From NCBI GenBank assembly GCA_949358305.1, contig OX442314.1, positions 2,418,001 to 2,482,000 on the forward strand: a DNA stretch of 64,000 bases, read 5' to 3'. The stretch is from Strigamia acuminata (taxonomy: Eukaryota). The notes beneath the pieces are model-generated. The model searched no databases and was not told where the DNA came from. It worked only from the letters and a program-made list of their open reading frames with translations. Positions 26,495-40,417 of the stretch are shown piece by piece (the first letter of the stretch is position 1; the number at the start of each line of letters is the position of its first letter). The position numbers were made by a program, and so were the translations under genes.

Positions 26495-26700
26495 CATAAA
26501 ATTGCATAAAATTTGAGTTTTTTGGCATAAAATTGCATAAAATTTGAGTTTTTTGGCTTAAAATTGCATAAAATTTGAGTTTTTTGGCATAAAATTGCAT
26601 AAAATTTGAGTTTTTTTGGCATAAAATTGCATAAAATTTGAGTTTTTTGGCATAAAATTGCATAAAATTTGAGTTTTTTGGCAAAAAATTGCATAAAATC
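26495..26700. repeat. 31-bp tandem repeat CATAAAATTGCATAAAATTTGAGTTTTTTGG (intergenic or 3' region)
   Basis: About 6 copies, followed by degenerate periodic T-tracts to ~26940. Confidence 0.9.
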
Positions 26701-27757
26701 TGATTTTTCGGCTTAAAATTAATTTTCTTTGCCTAAAATTAGATTTTTTTGCCTTTTTTTTGCTATAATAATCAATTTTTTTGCCTAAAATTTGATTTTT
26801 TGGCTTAATTTTAATTTTCTATGCCTAAAATTAGATTTTTTGTCTTTTTTTGCTATAATAACCAATTTTTTAGCCTAAATTTAGATTTTTTTGCCTTTTT
26901 TTTGCTAAAATAATCAATTTTTTGGCCAAAAATTGGATTTTTATTCACCAAACAGTGGTAACATCGGCACGACCAATCACAACAAACTTTCAATTTGAAT
27001 GTTTATTATTACCGATACTCTCCCGATATGTACATTTGTTACAAGATATATGAAAATAAACGGTTTGTTTTTTTATTTATCTTCTTCTTCTTCTTCTTAT
27101 GCTTATGATAAAATAAACATTCGAAAAAACAAGATGAAATGAGAAATTAGTTTCCATAGTGGAGTAGTCATTTGTTACTATCCTTCCTTATTTCCTCTTC
27201 TCCTTGAAAATTCTACAACAAATAACGCAATTTGCAGAATAAATTCTCAACCCCAACATCCACCCAACTCGATTTGCATTGTTGTTACTTAGAAATCTCG
27301 ATACAACATCAATTTAAATTTGGACATTTTTTCACACTTTCCAATATCAATACTGTTCATTAGATCATTAATTAATAACTATAAAGTGGGAAGACTTCAA
27401 CGGCGCAACCGCGCCTGCGCAAACTCGCTTTCCATTCACCTAATTTATTGCTCTACTAAATAAAAGCGTTCGAATTTGGCACGAGTGATGAAAAACAAAA
27501 ACAAAAAACAATAAATTCCATTATTGCTCAAACCAAAAACAACAAAAAAAAAAATAAGACGAGCAAAACATTGGAAGGCATGATTGATTATTCTGGACAG
27601 AAATTCATCTTTCGAAAAAACAAATAAATTCCAAAATTTATAATAATAATAACAATAATTAGTGATAATTATCCATAATTTCATATTCTCGTATTGCTAA
27701 CTGTTTGCTCTTTTTGTATTTATTAATTTCTTTGAATTTGAAGTGTTTTTTTCTGGA

Positions 27758-29257
27758 TTATCTCTGAGTGGTGTGATTGACGCGCTTGGCGAGCTGGTTA
27801 GTCCTGATGCCGGCCGCCAGGTTGAGGAGTGCGTCGGCGCCTTCGACGATCTTCTTGCGCTCCTCGTCGTCCTCGGGACGGAACGTGGACACGAGTTGGC
27901 GGTTGCCGCGCGTCGGCACGTTCTCCCAGTCCTCCTCGTAGTCGTCGTCGGTGTCGAAGTCGTCGTAACTGCTGATGTTGCTGGCGTCGTCGAGTTCTTC
28001 GTCGTCGGTCACGTCGCTGAGTTCGCTGAACTCGAACGGCTCGTCGACGGACGAGGGCGACGAGGCGCCGCGGCCCGTGCAACTGCTGTACGTGTGGTCC
28101 TCGCTGGGACTCGTCGTGATCACGCGACGGAGTTTGTGTAGGTAACCGGGCGAACTCGTCCTGAAGAGCAAACGATCGGTTACATTAGTTACGATTCAAA
28201 TTGGTTGACCCGGCGCCGAGTTTTAAGGGCGTCGAATTTTCTTTTAGCTTTTTAAAATGCTAAAATGCAATTTTTAAAAACAACATTGCACTCTAAGGCA
28301 CTATGTTGCATTTGTAGACAAAATATTGCATTTTTAGCTGCTTAAATGCAGTTTTTAAAAAAAATATTAATTTTAAGACTACATTTTGCATTTTTAGACA
28401 AAACATGGCACTTTAACGTGCAAAATGTGCACTTTTATGTGCAATTTGACGTTTGACGTGCAAAATGTGCAGTTTGACGTGCAAAATGTGCAGTTTGACG
28501 TGCAAAATGTGCAGTTTGACGTGCAAAATGTGCAGTTTGACGTGCAAAATGTGCAGTTTGACGTGCAAAATGTGCAGTTTGACCTGCAAAATATGCAGTT
28601 TGACGTGCAAAATGTGCAATTTTAACACGTAAACATTGCAATATCACCTGCAAAAATGTAATTTTACGTGCTAAAAATGCCATATCACCTGCTAAAATGC
28701 AGTTTTACATGCAAAATAACAAAGTTTACCTGCTAAAATGCAATTTTTAAAACAATATTGCATTTTAAATCACCAATTGCATTTTAAGACACCACACTGC
28801 ATTTTCAGACAAAATATTGCATTTATAAACAAAACACTGCATTTACAGACAAACTACTGCATTTTTTGGTGCAAAACCGATATTTTTAGCTGCCCCTTTC
28901 GACCCGCTTGTGGCGCCGAGCTCGTTCGAGCTATTTTTACCGAAACCGATTCCTAAATCTCTTCGTTCTTTTTAATTCTCTGTCTACGGCGTAATCCTCA
29001 AAAATGCGCGTGCCGTCTTTCAAGGCCAGCATCGTGGCCGCCGCGTCCACTTCCGGGTCCTTAATACTCGAAGCGGCCAGACGTTTAGACAAATACGGAA
29101 ACAACTCTAAAAAAAAATAATAAAAAAAAAATAAATAAATAAAAAAACAAAAAAAACAAAAATCATTAAATCAAAACACTCAATCCCGTTCACCTGGATT
29201 CGGGATATTGACATTGAGCCGTGGCGCTAGTGGTAACGGTTTCGGCGCCCTAGAAAA

Positions 29258-29288
<31 letters not shown>

Positions 29289-31528
29289 TTAAAAATAAAT
29301 AATTTAAACTGACAGTTGCGCGTGTTGCGGCGTTTGCGCCAACATTTGTAACTGGTGATATGGATGAAAAGGAGTTTTGCGAAGCGCCTGCAACAAATTT
29401 GGCCGAAAATCCGAATCGATACACCAGAGCGAGCCTTTTCCCACATTCTACGAGCAAAGAGAGAGAGAAAAAAATGTGTATTATTACCGGGTCGATGCAA
29501 ACAATAACGACCCCCATCGATTCGTTATTTAACAGCGAGAAATCTGGACTCGGTCACACGCAACCCACTTTTTATCCTCTAATTTCCGTGACCCCCTCGC
29601 GTAATTTCCCAAATTACTGACAACCCATTATCTCGTTGTCAATGGAAACCCGCACTGAAGCCAAAACAAAAATCACTGAGGAAAACAAACGAGGAAATTT
29701 GAACCGTTTCCAAATTTCGTCAACAGGTGAATCATCGGTGAATCCCAAACTCCTACTTGAGGATGTGACAATCGCGTGAGTCTTTCTCACGAGCTTTTTG
29801 AATCTTTCTGAATCCCTCCCGAATCTTGGTATTTGTTGAATCCTCAATCTCAGATTTGGCTGTAATCTCGCGAGATTTAGCAAGAAATTGTAGGATTTAG
29901 CAAGAAATTGTGAGATTTAGCAAGAAATTGTGTGATTTAGCAAGAAATTGTGAGATTTAGCAAGAAATTGTGAGATTTAGTAAGAAATTGTAAGATTTAG
30001 CTAGAAGTTGCGAGAGTTAGCAAGAAATGGCGAGATTAAGGAAGAAATTGCGATATTTTGCGAGAAAAATTGCCATTCTACGAGAAATTGCGCGATTTAC
30101 TGAGAAAAATTACGAGATTTAGTGGGAAAAAGTGCGAGATTTAGCGAGAAATTGCCAGATTGAGCTAGAACTTGCGAGATTGAGCTAAAAATGGCGAGAT
30201 TAAGTGAGAAATTGCGAGATTTAGCGTGAAATTGCGAGATTAAGTGAGAAATTGCAAGATTTAGCGAGAAAAATTGCGAGATTAAGTGAAAAATTGCAAG
30301 ATTTAGCGAGAAAAATTGCGAGATTCTGCGAGAAATTGCGAGATTGAGCTAGAAATTGCGAGATTAAGTGAGAAATTGCAAGATTTAACGAGAAAAATTG
30401 CGAGATTTAGCGAGAAATTGCGTGATTATGTGAGAAATTGCAAGATTTAGTGAGAAATTGCAATATTTAACGAGATTGAGCTAAAAATGGCGAGATTAAG
30501 TGAGAAATTGCGAGATTTAGCGTGAAATTGCGAGATTAAGTGAGAAATTGCAAGATTTAGCGAGAAAAATTGCGAGATTAAGTGAAAAATTGCAAGATTT
30601 AGCGAGAAAAATTGCGAGATTCTGCGAGAAATTGCGAGATTGAGCTAGAAATTGCGAGATTAAGTGAGAAATTGCAAGATTTAACGAGAAAAATTGCGAG
30701 ATTTAGCGAGAAATTGCGAGATTATGTGAGAAAATGCAAGATTTAGTGAGAAATTGCAATATTTAGCGAGAAAAATTGCTAGAAATTGCCACTCTCCGAG
30801 AAATTGCAAGATTTAGTGAGAAAAATCGCGAGATTTTACGAGATCTCAAATAACTCCGAAAAGAATCCCCCCCCCCCCCCCGAATCGTTAAAATCGAAAA
30901 TCCTTCCAAAATCCCCCCCGCAAAACCTTTGAAATCGACCAGCGATTGTGACACCCGACTCCAACCTCTCTACCTGTCCTTTATTCTTATCGACCTTCTG
31001 GAAACATTTATTGAGTGATAAATTGTGTCGGACGGAATTCTTCCATCCGGTGGGCGCGTTCTGGAAGTACGGAAAGTGCGTAAGGACCCACGCGTAGATA
31101 TCCTTGACCGGCAGCGCCTTGCCCGGCGCCTCCTCGATCGCCATGAAGATGAGGCAGCTGAACGAGTACGGCGGCTTGGCGCTCACGTGCAGCTTGGGGT
31201 TGTACTGCGCGTGCGCCGAGTTCCCCGCGCCGCCCTCCGCGCGCGACTCGCCCGCCGACACCGAACACTCGGCGCCGCCGTCCGACGACTCGTCCAGGTA
31301 GTCGTCGGCCGACGACCCGGCCGGGCTCGAGTCGCTCAGCAGGTGCTCGTGGTGGCCGCCGCCCACCCGGATGCTCTTCAGCAGGTTGCGGTCCTGCAGC
31401 CACGACAGGCTGGTCAGTTCGTCGTCCTCGCGGCACCGCACGGCCGCGTCCGACTCCGACTCCGAGCCGGTCGGCATCGAATTACGCGCCGCCAAATTTC
31501 GGCCGCTTGATGGACGGTGAGGAGCCAT
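27758..31528 (-). CDS. FOXN3: Forkhead box N2/N3 (CHES-1-like) transcription factor
   Basis: Exons 31528-30974, ~29447-29313, ~29249-29193, ~29106-28941 and 28160-27758. Motifs: [25 protein letters not shown]...[56 protein letters not shown]. Confidence 0.92.
28452..28622. repeat. Intronic 21-bp tandem repeat TTGACGTGCAAAATGTGCAGT
   Basis: About 8 copies. Confidence 0.92.
29870..30845. repeat. Intronic 20-22-bp tandem repeat GAGATTTAGCGAGAAATTGC with higher-order duplication
   Basis: The block at ~30175-30470 is repeated at ~30472-30770. Confidence 0.9.
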
Positions 31529-33284
31529 TTTTACCGTCTCCGCCAATCACGACCTAAAAAAAAAAAAATTTTAAATAATTAAAATTTCGTCACGAGAGGG
31601 CATTCATCCGTGGGTCGAAAACCCCCATTCGACCCGAAAAGTGGAATACAGTCGTCAAGGTCACACCGGTCGCTCGGCAACGTGTAAATAGAGTATTTGC
31701 GTTTTTAGACGCCCGCCCTCCCGTGGCGAGATGCGACACCGTTCATCGATTTAACACTCGCTAAAAGCACACACGCCCTGGTTTCATCGTAACGAGGTGC
31801 CGCGACCAATAACCTTGGTCACGAATATCAAAAAAGAAAAAAATAATAATCAATTTTGCACTCCGCGATTTGTCCGCTCGTTAGCCCGCACCGAATGGCC
31901 GAGTGTTGGACAACTGTTGCGCGGTTAACTACCGCGCGGCACTTGCGGCCGATCGATCCGATTCGACACACGAGAGAGCGGAAGAGACGGAAGGAAATGA
32001 CCGTTCAATCTGCACTCGACTCGATATTCGAGCTGAAGAAGCGAATAAAAGCGCGGATGTTTGTTTTCGTTAGAAATCGACGTATTTGAAAAGCGTTATT
32101 TATATTATTGTTATTTTTTCAAATTCTCTCTCCCGTTGTTGTGGTAGCGGACGACGCCATTGGAGGATGCGGGTCAGCTGGATGGTTACCATGGCGACGG
32201 CGTATCTCCAGCGTGAGACATTATCGCTCCCTCCCTGAGAAAGGGGGCCATTTTGAAAGCAATTTTCACGGGATTTCGCGCGCATTTCGGGCGTTTTCCC
32301 GCGAATATCATGCGAAACTCACCTTCGGACACGGATTCATGACGTGGATGGCGACAAATGGGGGAAGAAACGGGAGAAAAACGGAAGAAAAAAGCCGTCG
32401 TTGGGTTTTTGACGAGGCGAGTTGGCCGGGGATTGAAGCGGCGGGTTTTGGCGCTTTCGACGGCGGGGAGAGGCGAGTTGCAGTCGGCGGCAGACGGGCA
32501 CACTGCGAGGTGCGGTGTGCGACTGGCCGATTCGGTTGGCAACCAGATACCATGACAGCGATGCGTCACGTCGTCATGGAGACCGAGGTGCGTTGCCGCG
32601 GCAACCATTGCACACCGTCTCGTGCTCGGTCTCGCCATAAGTAAAATTAACGGGCGTTTAACGAGAGAGGGCGAGAGACGGAAAATAAAATTAAAATTTT
32701 TTTTTTTTTTTTTTTAAATAATAAGAAAATTTAAAAAAAAATAATAATTATGACGTAATCGCGGAACCAGGAAAAGGCGGTTGCTAGGCGACGAGAACAG
32801 ATCACCCGGTCAACAATTCGTGCATCTATATTTCTTTTGTTTCGATGGAATTGGGTTAATCGATCAATCGGGATCAATTGTGCAACCATTTTGTTTTTGA
32901 AATTTCAGCGCAACACGTGATGGAAATGATCGCTCGTGATTGGCGAATTATCGGGCCGATCTAAAAATAATTCGTCAGCCTCGGTGGTCATGACGACGGC
33001 GCGATACGAGTCAAGGACCAGTGATAAAAGCCAAGGATCAAAATGACCCTTAGTTCTGCTGCTTGAGCAAATCGCGGAACGAGGAATCAAAAATAAATAC
33101 AAATAAAGCAGAATGTAAATATGTGTTAAAAAATTGAACAAAAAATGGCGGCGCGAGGGTCTATTTTCGAAAAATGCAAACTCCTGCCAGAATTGCGTGC
33201 CAAGAATGTTTCAACGCATGTCCTTGTAAATTTAGACAAATTCAAAAAATTGAGAAAAAATTCGAGAAAAAAATTCGAAAAAAT

Positions 33285-33810
33285 TCGAAAATAAAATGTC
33301 CGACATGTTTTATCGTGTTTTTTCGAATTACCGGAATTGGAAATTTCGAAAAATTAAAAAAAAAGCATTAATAATTAAGAAAAAATCGAAAAATTTTGAT
33401 AAATTTCGAAAATAAAATGTCCGACACGTTTATCCGCCATTTTTTCTTATTACCGGAATTGCAAATTTCGAAAAATCCAAATAAAAAATCCAAAAAATCC
33501 TAAAAATTCGAATAATTCACTAAAAAAAATTCGAAAAAATTCGAAACAAAAATGTCCGACACGTTTATCCGCCATTTTTTCTTATTACCGGAATTGCAAA
33601 TTTCGAAAAATCCAAATAAAAAATCCAAAAAATCCTAAAAATTCGAATAATTCACTAAAAAAAATTCGAAAAAATTCGAAACAAAAATGTCCGACACGTT
33701 TTTCCGTCCGTTATCCAAATTTCCGAAAATTTCGAAAAATTAAAAAAAAAAAAATTCCCAAAAATTTTTTTCCGAAAAATTTCGACAGAAAAAAAAAATG
33801 TCCGACACAT
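33285..33810. repeat. ~133-bp tandem duplication containing AAATGTCCGACAC
   Basis: 33415-33545 is nearly identical to 33548-33680, with degenerate flanking copies. Confidence 0.8.
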
Positions 33811-34709
33811 TACTCGTGTTATTTCTTACCGGAGTTGTTGTTGACGTGCATCGGGTGACGAGTTCACGGAAGTTTCTTGAGCAAATTTTCTAATTATCGA
33901 AAAACTAGACGAAAGAAAAAAAAATGCCAATGGATGAAATTGGTTCGTCACTCGTCGAAATCTAAATTAGGCAATGCCGTGGGATTTTAGCCGTCGTTTC
34001 GGGTGAATTTCGGCGCGATTCCGCACCCGATTCGCGGTTAGAAATTAAGTTTAGGGAGTTGTGGAAACTTGTAAGTGGAAAACTTTGTTGCTCGTCCACT
34101 AGTGGAGCGACGCCATGACGCGCGGCGACCTCGTTAAGAAATTTACTCGGCGCAAACTGACGCGACTTGTTTGTTTGTGCTTCGTGTGTTTGGGGGTTTG
34201 TTTGATGGTCACGATTCGTGTAATTTACTCACCGATTGAAATGAAACTGTCAGATCTGTTGGGTGTAACGAGTAATGAAATGTGGTCATACGGAAACCGC
34301 ATGGCGGAAAACTAACCAAGTTCGGTCCACTATTGCCATCGATCTCCAAACTTCGTAAATGGTGAAATAATCAATTTTTGTGTTATCAATGTTTTTTAAT
34401 TTTTAAAATATTAATTTCTGCGTGTTTGTCGATCAATTTCGTGATTAAATTAACGTTTTGCTCAAACAACACGAGTTGGAAATTGCCACCAGATGACGCC
34501 ACTCGACGGAATTCATTTTGGAATCATTTTGAATTTTGTAAAAACTGATTTTTATTATTTTTCTGTACAAAACTATGCAGGTACAATGATGGGGTGAGTA
34601 AAATGAGATATTGACACGTAATTTTTGTATTTACAATTCAAAATATCGTGCCCGTAGAGTTTTAAAACGTCCGCACCGTGAGATTCATTAATCAAATAAA
34701 ATTAATTAA

Positions 34710-37700
34710 TTAATAACAATAGGGGACAACACGACAAGGCACGTGCTTGCAGTAGGACACCCAAGCGTCGCCGTATTTCTTCAAGCACGCTTTGTCATCT
34801 CGGTAAGCACGGTGAATGAGAGTAATAAACAAATAGATGAAGTAGGCATGCGGCACCGTGTGCTCGAGCCCGCACGGTAAACTCCACGACAACGCGATCA
34901 TCAAATCGCCGAAGTAATTCGGATGTCGGAGATGTTTCCACCAACCGTCCACGAATATCTTGCGAGTCGTCTTCGTGTCGATCGTTTTCGCGGCTGCCGG
35001 GCAAAAAGAAAATATTACTTTTTTGATTTTTCCGATTTATTTTGGATTTATTTTGAATTTACTTTGGATTTTTCCAATTTAGTTTCATTTTATTTTGGAT
35101 TTTTCCGATTTATTTTTATTTTATTTTGGTTTTTTCCAATTTATTTTCGGTTTTTCAAATTTATTTTGGATTTTTCCAATTTATTTTGAATTTTTCCAAT
35201 TTATTATGCATTTTTCCAGTTTATTTTCGATTTTTCCAATTTATTTTGAATTTTTCCAATTTATTTTGATTTTGTTTTGGATTTTTCCAAATTATTTTGG
35301 ATTTTTCCAGTTTATTTTGGATTTTTCCAATTTATTTTGGATTTTTCCAATTTATTATGAATTTTTCCAGTTTATTTTCGATTTTTCCAATTTATTTTGA
35401 TTTTGTTTTGGATTTTTCCAAATTATTTTGGAATTTTCTAATTTACTTTGGATTTTTCCAATTTATTTTGGATTTTTCCAATTTATTATGAATTTTTCCA
35501 GTTTATTTTCGATTTTTCCAATTTATTTTGATTGTTTTGGATTTTTCCAAATTATTTTGGATTTTTCCAATTTATTTTGGATTTTTCCAATTTATTTTGG
35601 ATTTTTCCAATTTATTATGAATTTTTCCAGTTTATTTTCGATTTTTCCAATTTATTTTGATTTTGTTTTGGATTTTTCCAATTTATTTTGATTTTGTTTT
35701 GGATTTTTCCAATTTATTTTGATTTTGTTTTGGATTTTTCCAATTTATTTTGGAATTTTCTAATTTACTTTGGATTTTTCCAATTTATTTTCGATTTATT
35801 TAGGATTTTTCCTATTTATTTTCGATTTTTCTGATTTATTTTCGATTTATTTCCAATTATTTTTCGAATTTATTTCGATTTATTCGAATTTTCCCCCCCA
35901 ATTCTTCCCAAATTATTTCATCCTTACCGATAAATTTCTTGTGGTACGGGTTGCGCCGGAAATCGTCTTTCTGCTTGTTCGCCACGCGGTAAATTCCATA
36001 TCCGATAACTGTAATCGAATCTCACATTAAACCAACCAAAAAACCTCAAAATAAACCTCCCAAAAGACAAAACTTACGAGCTAAAAATATACTAGCAATT
36101 AAAACATAAGGATCGACGTGGGGACGATGCAGCAGCAGATATCGCAGCGACAGCGAGAAACAAAATGGCGCAAAACACAACCCGCCAAACACAACCATAA
36201 ATCCGCATCCTTCCTTAGTGATATCAAACCCGCTCAAAAACGCTTCCTAAAATCAAACAAACACTTAAAAACCATCCCCTGGCGACAAGTTTCGTCACAA
36301 CACCTCAAACATAAGCGAATCGAAGATATAAATCAATTGGCCGATTCCGACCAACCAAATGCTCGGATAGAAACTGTCGCTCGTCTCGTACTCCTGGTAC
36401 AATATCAGCACGTCCAAAACGGCCTAAAAACATAAAACACGTCACAAAACAACGCGTCGAGTCAAATCCAGCACGATTTTACCCATCCGATCAACTTGGG
36501 GCGCAAAAGAAAGAAAAACTTCACGTCCAAGTCGCCGACTCGCGGGTTGAGTTCGCGGCCGTAGAAAAACGCGCTCACGGAATCGTCTGCAAAAACAAAA
36601 CGAATTGAGCTTGAAAATTACAATTTGGGAAATACCGAGCGGCCCAAATAAAACCGGCCTGACAATACAAGGAGGGTTACCAAAATGGCCGGTACTCCCG
36701 AGAAATCGGTACTCCGGGGACTAAAACAAGGCCAGGTGACAATAAATGGCTAAAAATGGTCGTTTTTCGCCAAAAATGGCCGCTTTTAGCCATTTTTCAT
36801 GGTAAAAGTGGTCGTTTTTAGCCCAAAATGGCCGCTTTTAGTCATTTTTCGTGGTAAAAATGGTCGTTTTTAGCCAAAAATGGCTGCTTTTAGCTATTTT
36901 TCATGGTAAAAATGGTCGTTTCTCGTCAAAAATGGCCGCTTTTAGCCATTTTTCATGGTAAAAATGGCCGCTTTTAGCCATTTTTCATGGTAAAAATGGT
37001 CGTTTTTAGCCAGGTATGGCTGCTTTTAGCTATTTTTCATGGTAAAAATGGTCGTTTCTCGTCAAAAATAGCCGCTCTTAGCCATTTTTCATGGTAAAAA
37101 TGGTCGTTTCTCGTCAAAAATAGCCGCTTTTAGCCATTTTTCATGATAAAAATGGTCGTTTTTCGCCAAAAATGGCCGTTTATTCGTCAAAAATGGCCAT
37201 TTTTATCATTGAAACGTTACAAAATGTAACGTTCCAATGACGAAAATGACGTTTCAGCAACATTTTGACAATTTTGGACGTAACCGGTTATTTTTTCAAA
37301 TTTCCCGGTTCCTGGTTCTGTGATTTTTCAACCGGTTTCCCGGTACTGAAACCCTAATATCCATTTGTATTGCCGGGCCGATTTTACTGGGGCCACCAGT
37401 AGAATCGTACTGGGGACCGAAGGAGTGAGGTTTCTGTTGAGCGTCTTGCGCGCACGGAACAAGAGGAGCGCGCTGATGGCGTACGACGCGAAGATGGAGG
37501 CGGTGATGAGCTGCAGCAGTTTGTCGAGCACGAAGTCGAACGGGACCTTGAGGTAAAGCAGTCCGCCCAAGACGCCGAGGGTGACGAACAGCGAGTACGC
37601 GCCGTTGATGCGGTAGCTCAGGCGCTGCGCGTCAACCAACGGCTGACCTTCGGCCAGCTCCCCGAACGGCATGATGGCCAAACTCGCCTGGAAAAGGAGC

Positions 37701-40417
37701 CAGCAGACGAACACGGCAACTGTCTCCAACTCGAAGTATTCGTTCCAAGTGGACGGGAAATTGGCGGCGCCCAACTCGCAATCGGCCTGAAACGAACAAA
37801 TTGGTTTTTTTTTTTAGTTTTTGTGCAGCTGCAACTTTCAAATTTCCCTCAAAATTTACATAAAAAAATTCAAATTTACTCAATTTTCCCTCAAATTTTC
37901 CATTAAAGAATCGAAAGTTCACTACATTTTCCTTCCACGTTGCAAAAATGTTAGTTTAAATGTTTAGATGACGTTTTCATCATTGCTAATCCTGTATGTT
38001 ACACCTAAAATTGGGTTTTCAAACTCAAAAATGCGATTTTAGCCCTAAATTTGCAGTTTTCTGCATTTTCGGACCTGAAAAATATGCCTTCAGACCTAAA
38101 CAATGCGATTTTAGCCCTAAATGTGCAGTTTTCTGCATTTTCAGACCTAAACAATGTGATTTTAGCCCTAAATGTGCAGTTTTCTGCATTTTCAGACCTA
38201 AACAATGTGATTTTAGCCCTAAATGTGCAGTTTTCTGCATTTTCAGACCTAAACAATGTGATTTTAGCCCTAAATGTGCAGTTTCCTGCATTTTCAGACC
38301 TGAAAAATATGTTTTCAGACCTAAACAATGTGATTTTAGCCCTACATTTGCAGTTTTCTGCATTTTCAGACCTGAAAAATCTGTTTTCAGACCTAAATGT
38401 GCATTTTTCAGATAAAAATTACAAATTTTTTCCGGAACCAGATCCTCTTCCAAGTTTTTTTTTAAAATCATGAATTGTAAAATTTAACGCCAACGGTAAC
38501 TAGACTCACTAAGAATTAACGGTAATGGTTGGTAACTAGTAACTATTTTCCCCTAAATAACCGTAACGGTAACTAGTTACGAAATTACAGAAACGCATGC
38601 AACCCTGACGATTCTACATGAAAATAAACAAAAATCATTAAAACCCGATCAATGCCGTTCGGTTAACCGACACTAATCCATAAATTTCACAACTCACTCT
38701 ATCGCAGGTCAAATTGATGTAAAACACGAGCAGGGGCATCAACACCACGTAGGCGCCGATGGCCGAACACAACAAAACACGACGACAAACCACCGAAAAC
38801 GGCTCGTCGAGGCCCACGGTGTCCCCAGCGTCCTCGGCTTCCTGCGGCTCCCACTCCTGCTCGAAAATACAATAAAAAAAAATATCACAATTTCTACGAT
38901 TAACCCACGATTAACGATACCGAACGAAAACCCATGCGATATAGTTTGTCTTCGGTGGGTTTCACGAAGATGGATCGTTGAGTTTCGCTCGTTTGAGCCG
39001 AAATGCGCGTCGAGACGCGACTGCGAGTGCTCAGCGAGTTGGATTTGGAGATGGCGACGGGGGTTCGCGAGCGGGAGCGTGTGTTTCTGGTGCGCGAACG
39101 GGAGCGAGGTGATTTTCGTTGTGTCGATGATGGTGTTGAAGGAGATTTGGATGGTTTCGCTTTGCGGCTTCGAGAGGGTGATTTCGATTTGGTCGTGCGA
39201 CCGCGAGATGGCGATTTTGATTTTGATTTCGATTTGGCCGCTCTCGGTGTTTTCGTTCTCAGGTTTGCCGGCGTCCACATGTCGCCGCTGTCGTGCGATG
39301 ATGACGGTGAAGGTGGCGATTGTGGCGATGGTTCGTGTGTTGTTGGTGACTTAACGATATTAATAATAACAAACGAATGGGTGAAAAGATGCGGGGAAAG
39401 GGAGAGGAGTCAATAAGTGGGAGCTAAGGGCTCCTGGTGCACGTACAAAATGCATTGTTTTGTATGTGAATGCAATTTTTTAGCTCAAAATTAATTTATT
39501 TCTGATAGAAATGCGTGTTTTAGCCATAAATGCATTTTTGTCCAACTGGAAAATGCATTATTTCACTCGAATATGCAATTTTTTCAGTTCAAAATAAATT
39601 TCTTTCACTTGAAAATCCATTATTTCACCCTGAAAATGCATTATTTTGCATCGAATGCAATTTTTTCAGCATAAAATGAGTTTTATCACTTGAAAATGCA
39701 TTTTTTCACAAAAAAAATGCATTTTTTCACAAAAAAGTGCATTTTTTCACAAATAAAGTGCATTTTTTCACAAAAAAAGTGCATTTTTTTCACTTGAAAA
39801 TGCATTATTTCACCCTGAAATTGCATTATTGTGCATGAGAATGCATTATTTTACCCTGAAAATGCATTATTTTACATGAGAATGCAATTTTTACAGCATA
39901 AAATGAGTTTTATCACTTGAAAATGCATTTTATTCACACAAAAGTGCATTACTTCACCGGAAAATGCATTGTTGTGGATAAAAATCCAATATTTTATAAA
40001 AATAAAAAAATTTCCTATAAAAATCCAATTTTTTCGACTACAGATGCATTTTTCCACTTGAAAATGCATTTTTTTTGCTCGAAAATGCTGCGATGTCGTC
40101 ATTTCATTTCATATTCACGGGCCCCGCCAGTCGTACGTGCTCAGAGGGCCCCTCGAACCCTCAATCCCGCCCTGATAAAAGCGCCACACTGCAGCTTGCC
40201 AACTGCACTGCAACGGGGTTTCGTCATACTCCGTCGTACTCACGTGAACGTTTCGGGGTTGGATCGTGTGGACGGAATCGTCGCCGAATTTGATCTCGTA
40301 CTGATGGTCGCGCCGTAGTTTGGTCACCACTCCGGCGTAGTAAACGTTGCTGCCCGGCCATTTGGCCGTTACTTTCTCGCCCGGTTTATAACTGAATTCC
40401 TTTTTTCGGGGCGGCAT
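34710..40417 (-). CDS. LBR: Lamin B receptor (Tudor + RS region + ERG4/ERG24 sterol reductase domain)
   Basis: Tudor exon 40417-40244 ([15 protein letters not shown]) and RS-rich exon from 39349 ([15 protein letters not shown]). Later exons encode [45 protein letters not shown] and [15 protein letters not shown]. Confidence 0.93.
35025..35890. repeat. Intronic 20-bp tandem repeat ATTTTTCCAATTTATTTTGG
   Basis: About 40 degenerate copies. Confidence 0.92.
36635..37399. mobile_element. Tc1/mariner-like MITE with TA flanks, filled by a ~52-bp satellite
   Basis: TIR CCGAGCGGCCCAAATAAAACCGGCCTGACAATACAA versus TTGTATTGCCGGGCCGATTTTACTGGGGCCACCAG, with TA on both sides. The internal tandem array spans 36750-37200. 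Confidence 0.7.
38030..38410. repeat. Intronic 51-bp tandem repeat
   Basis: Unit CAGACCTAAACAATGTGATTTTAGCCCTAAATGTGCAGTTTTCTGCATTTT. Confidence 0.92.

Noticed and set aside
32108..32644. ORFs upstream of FoxN2/3
   Set aside because: No homology signal. The region looks like a GC-rich promoter or 5' UTR.
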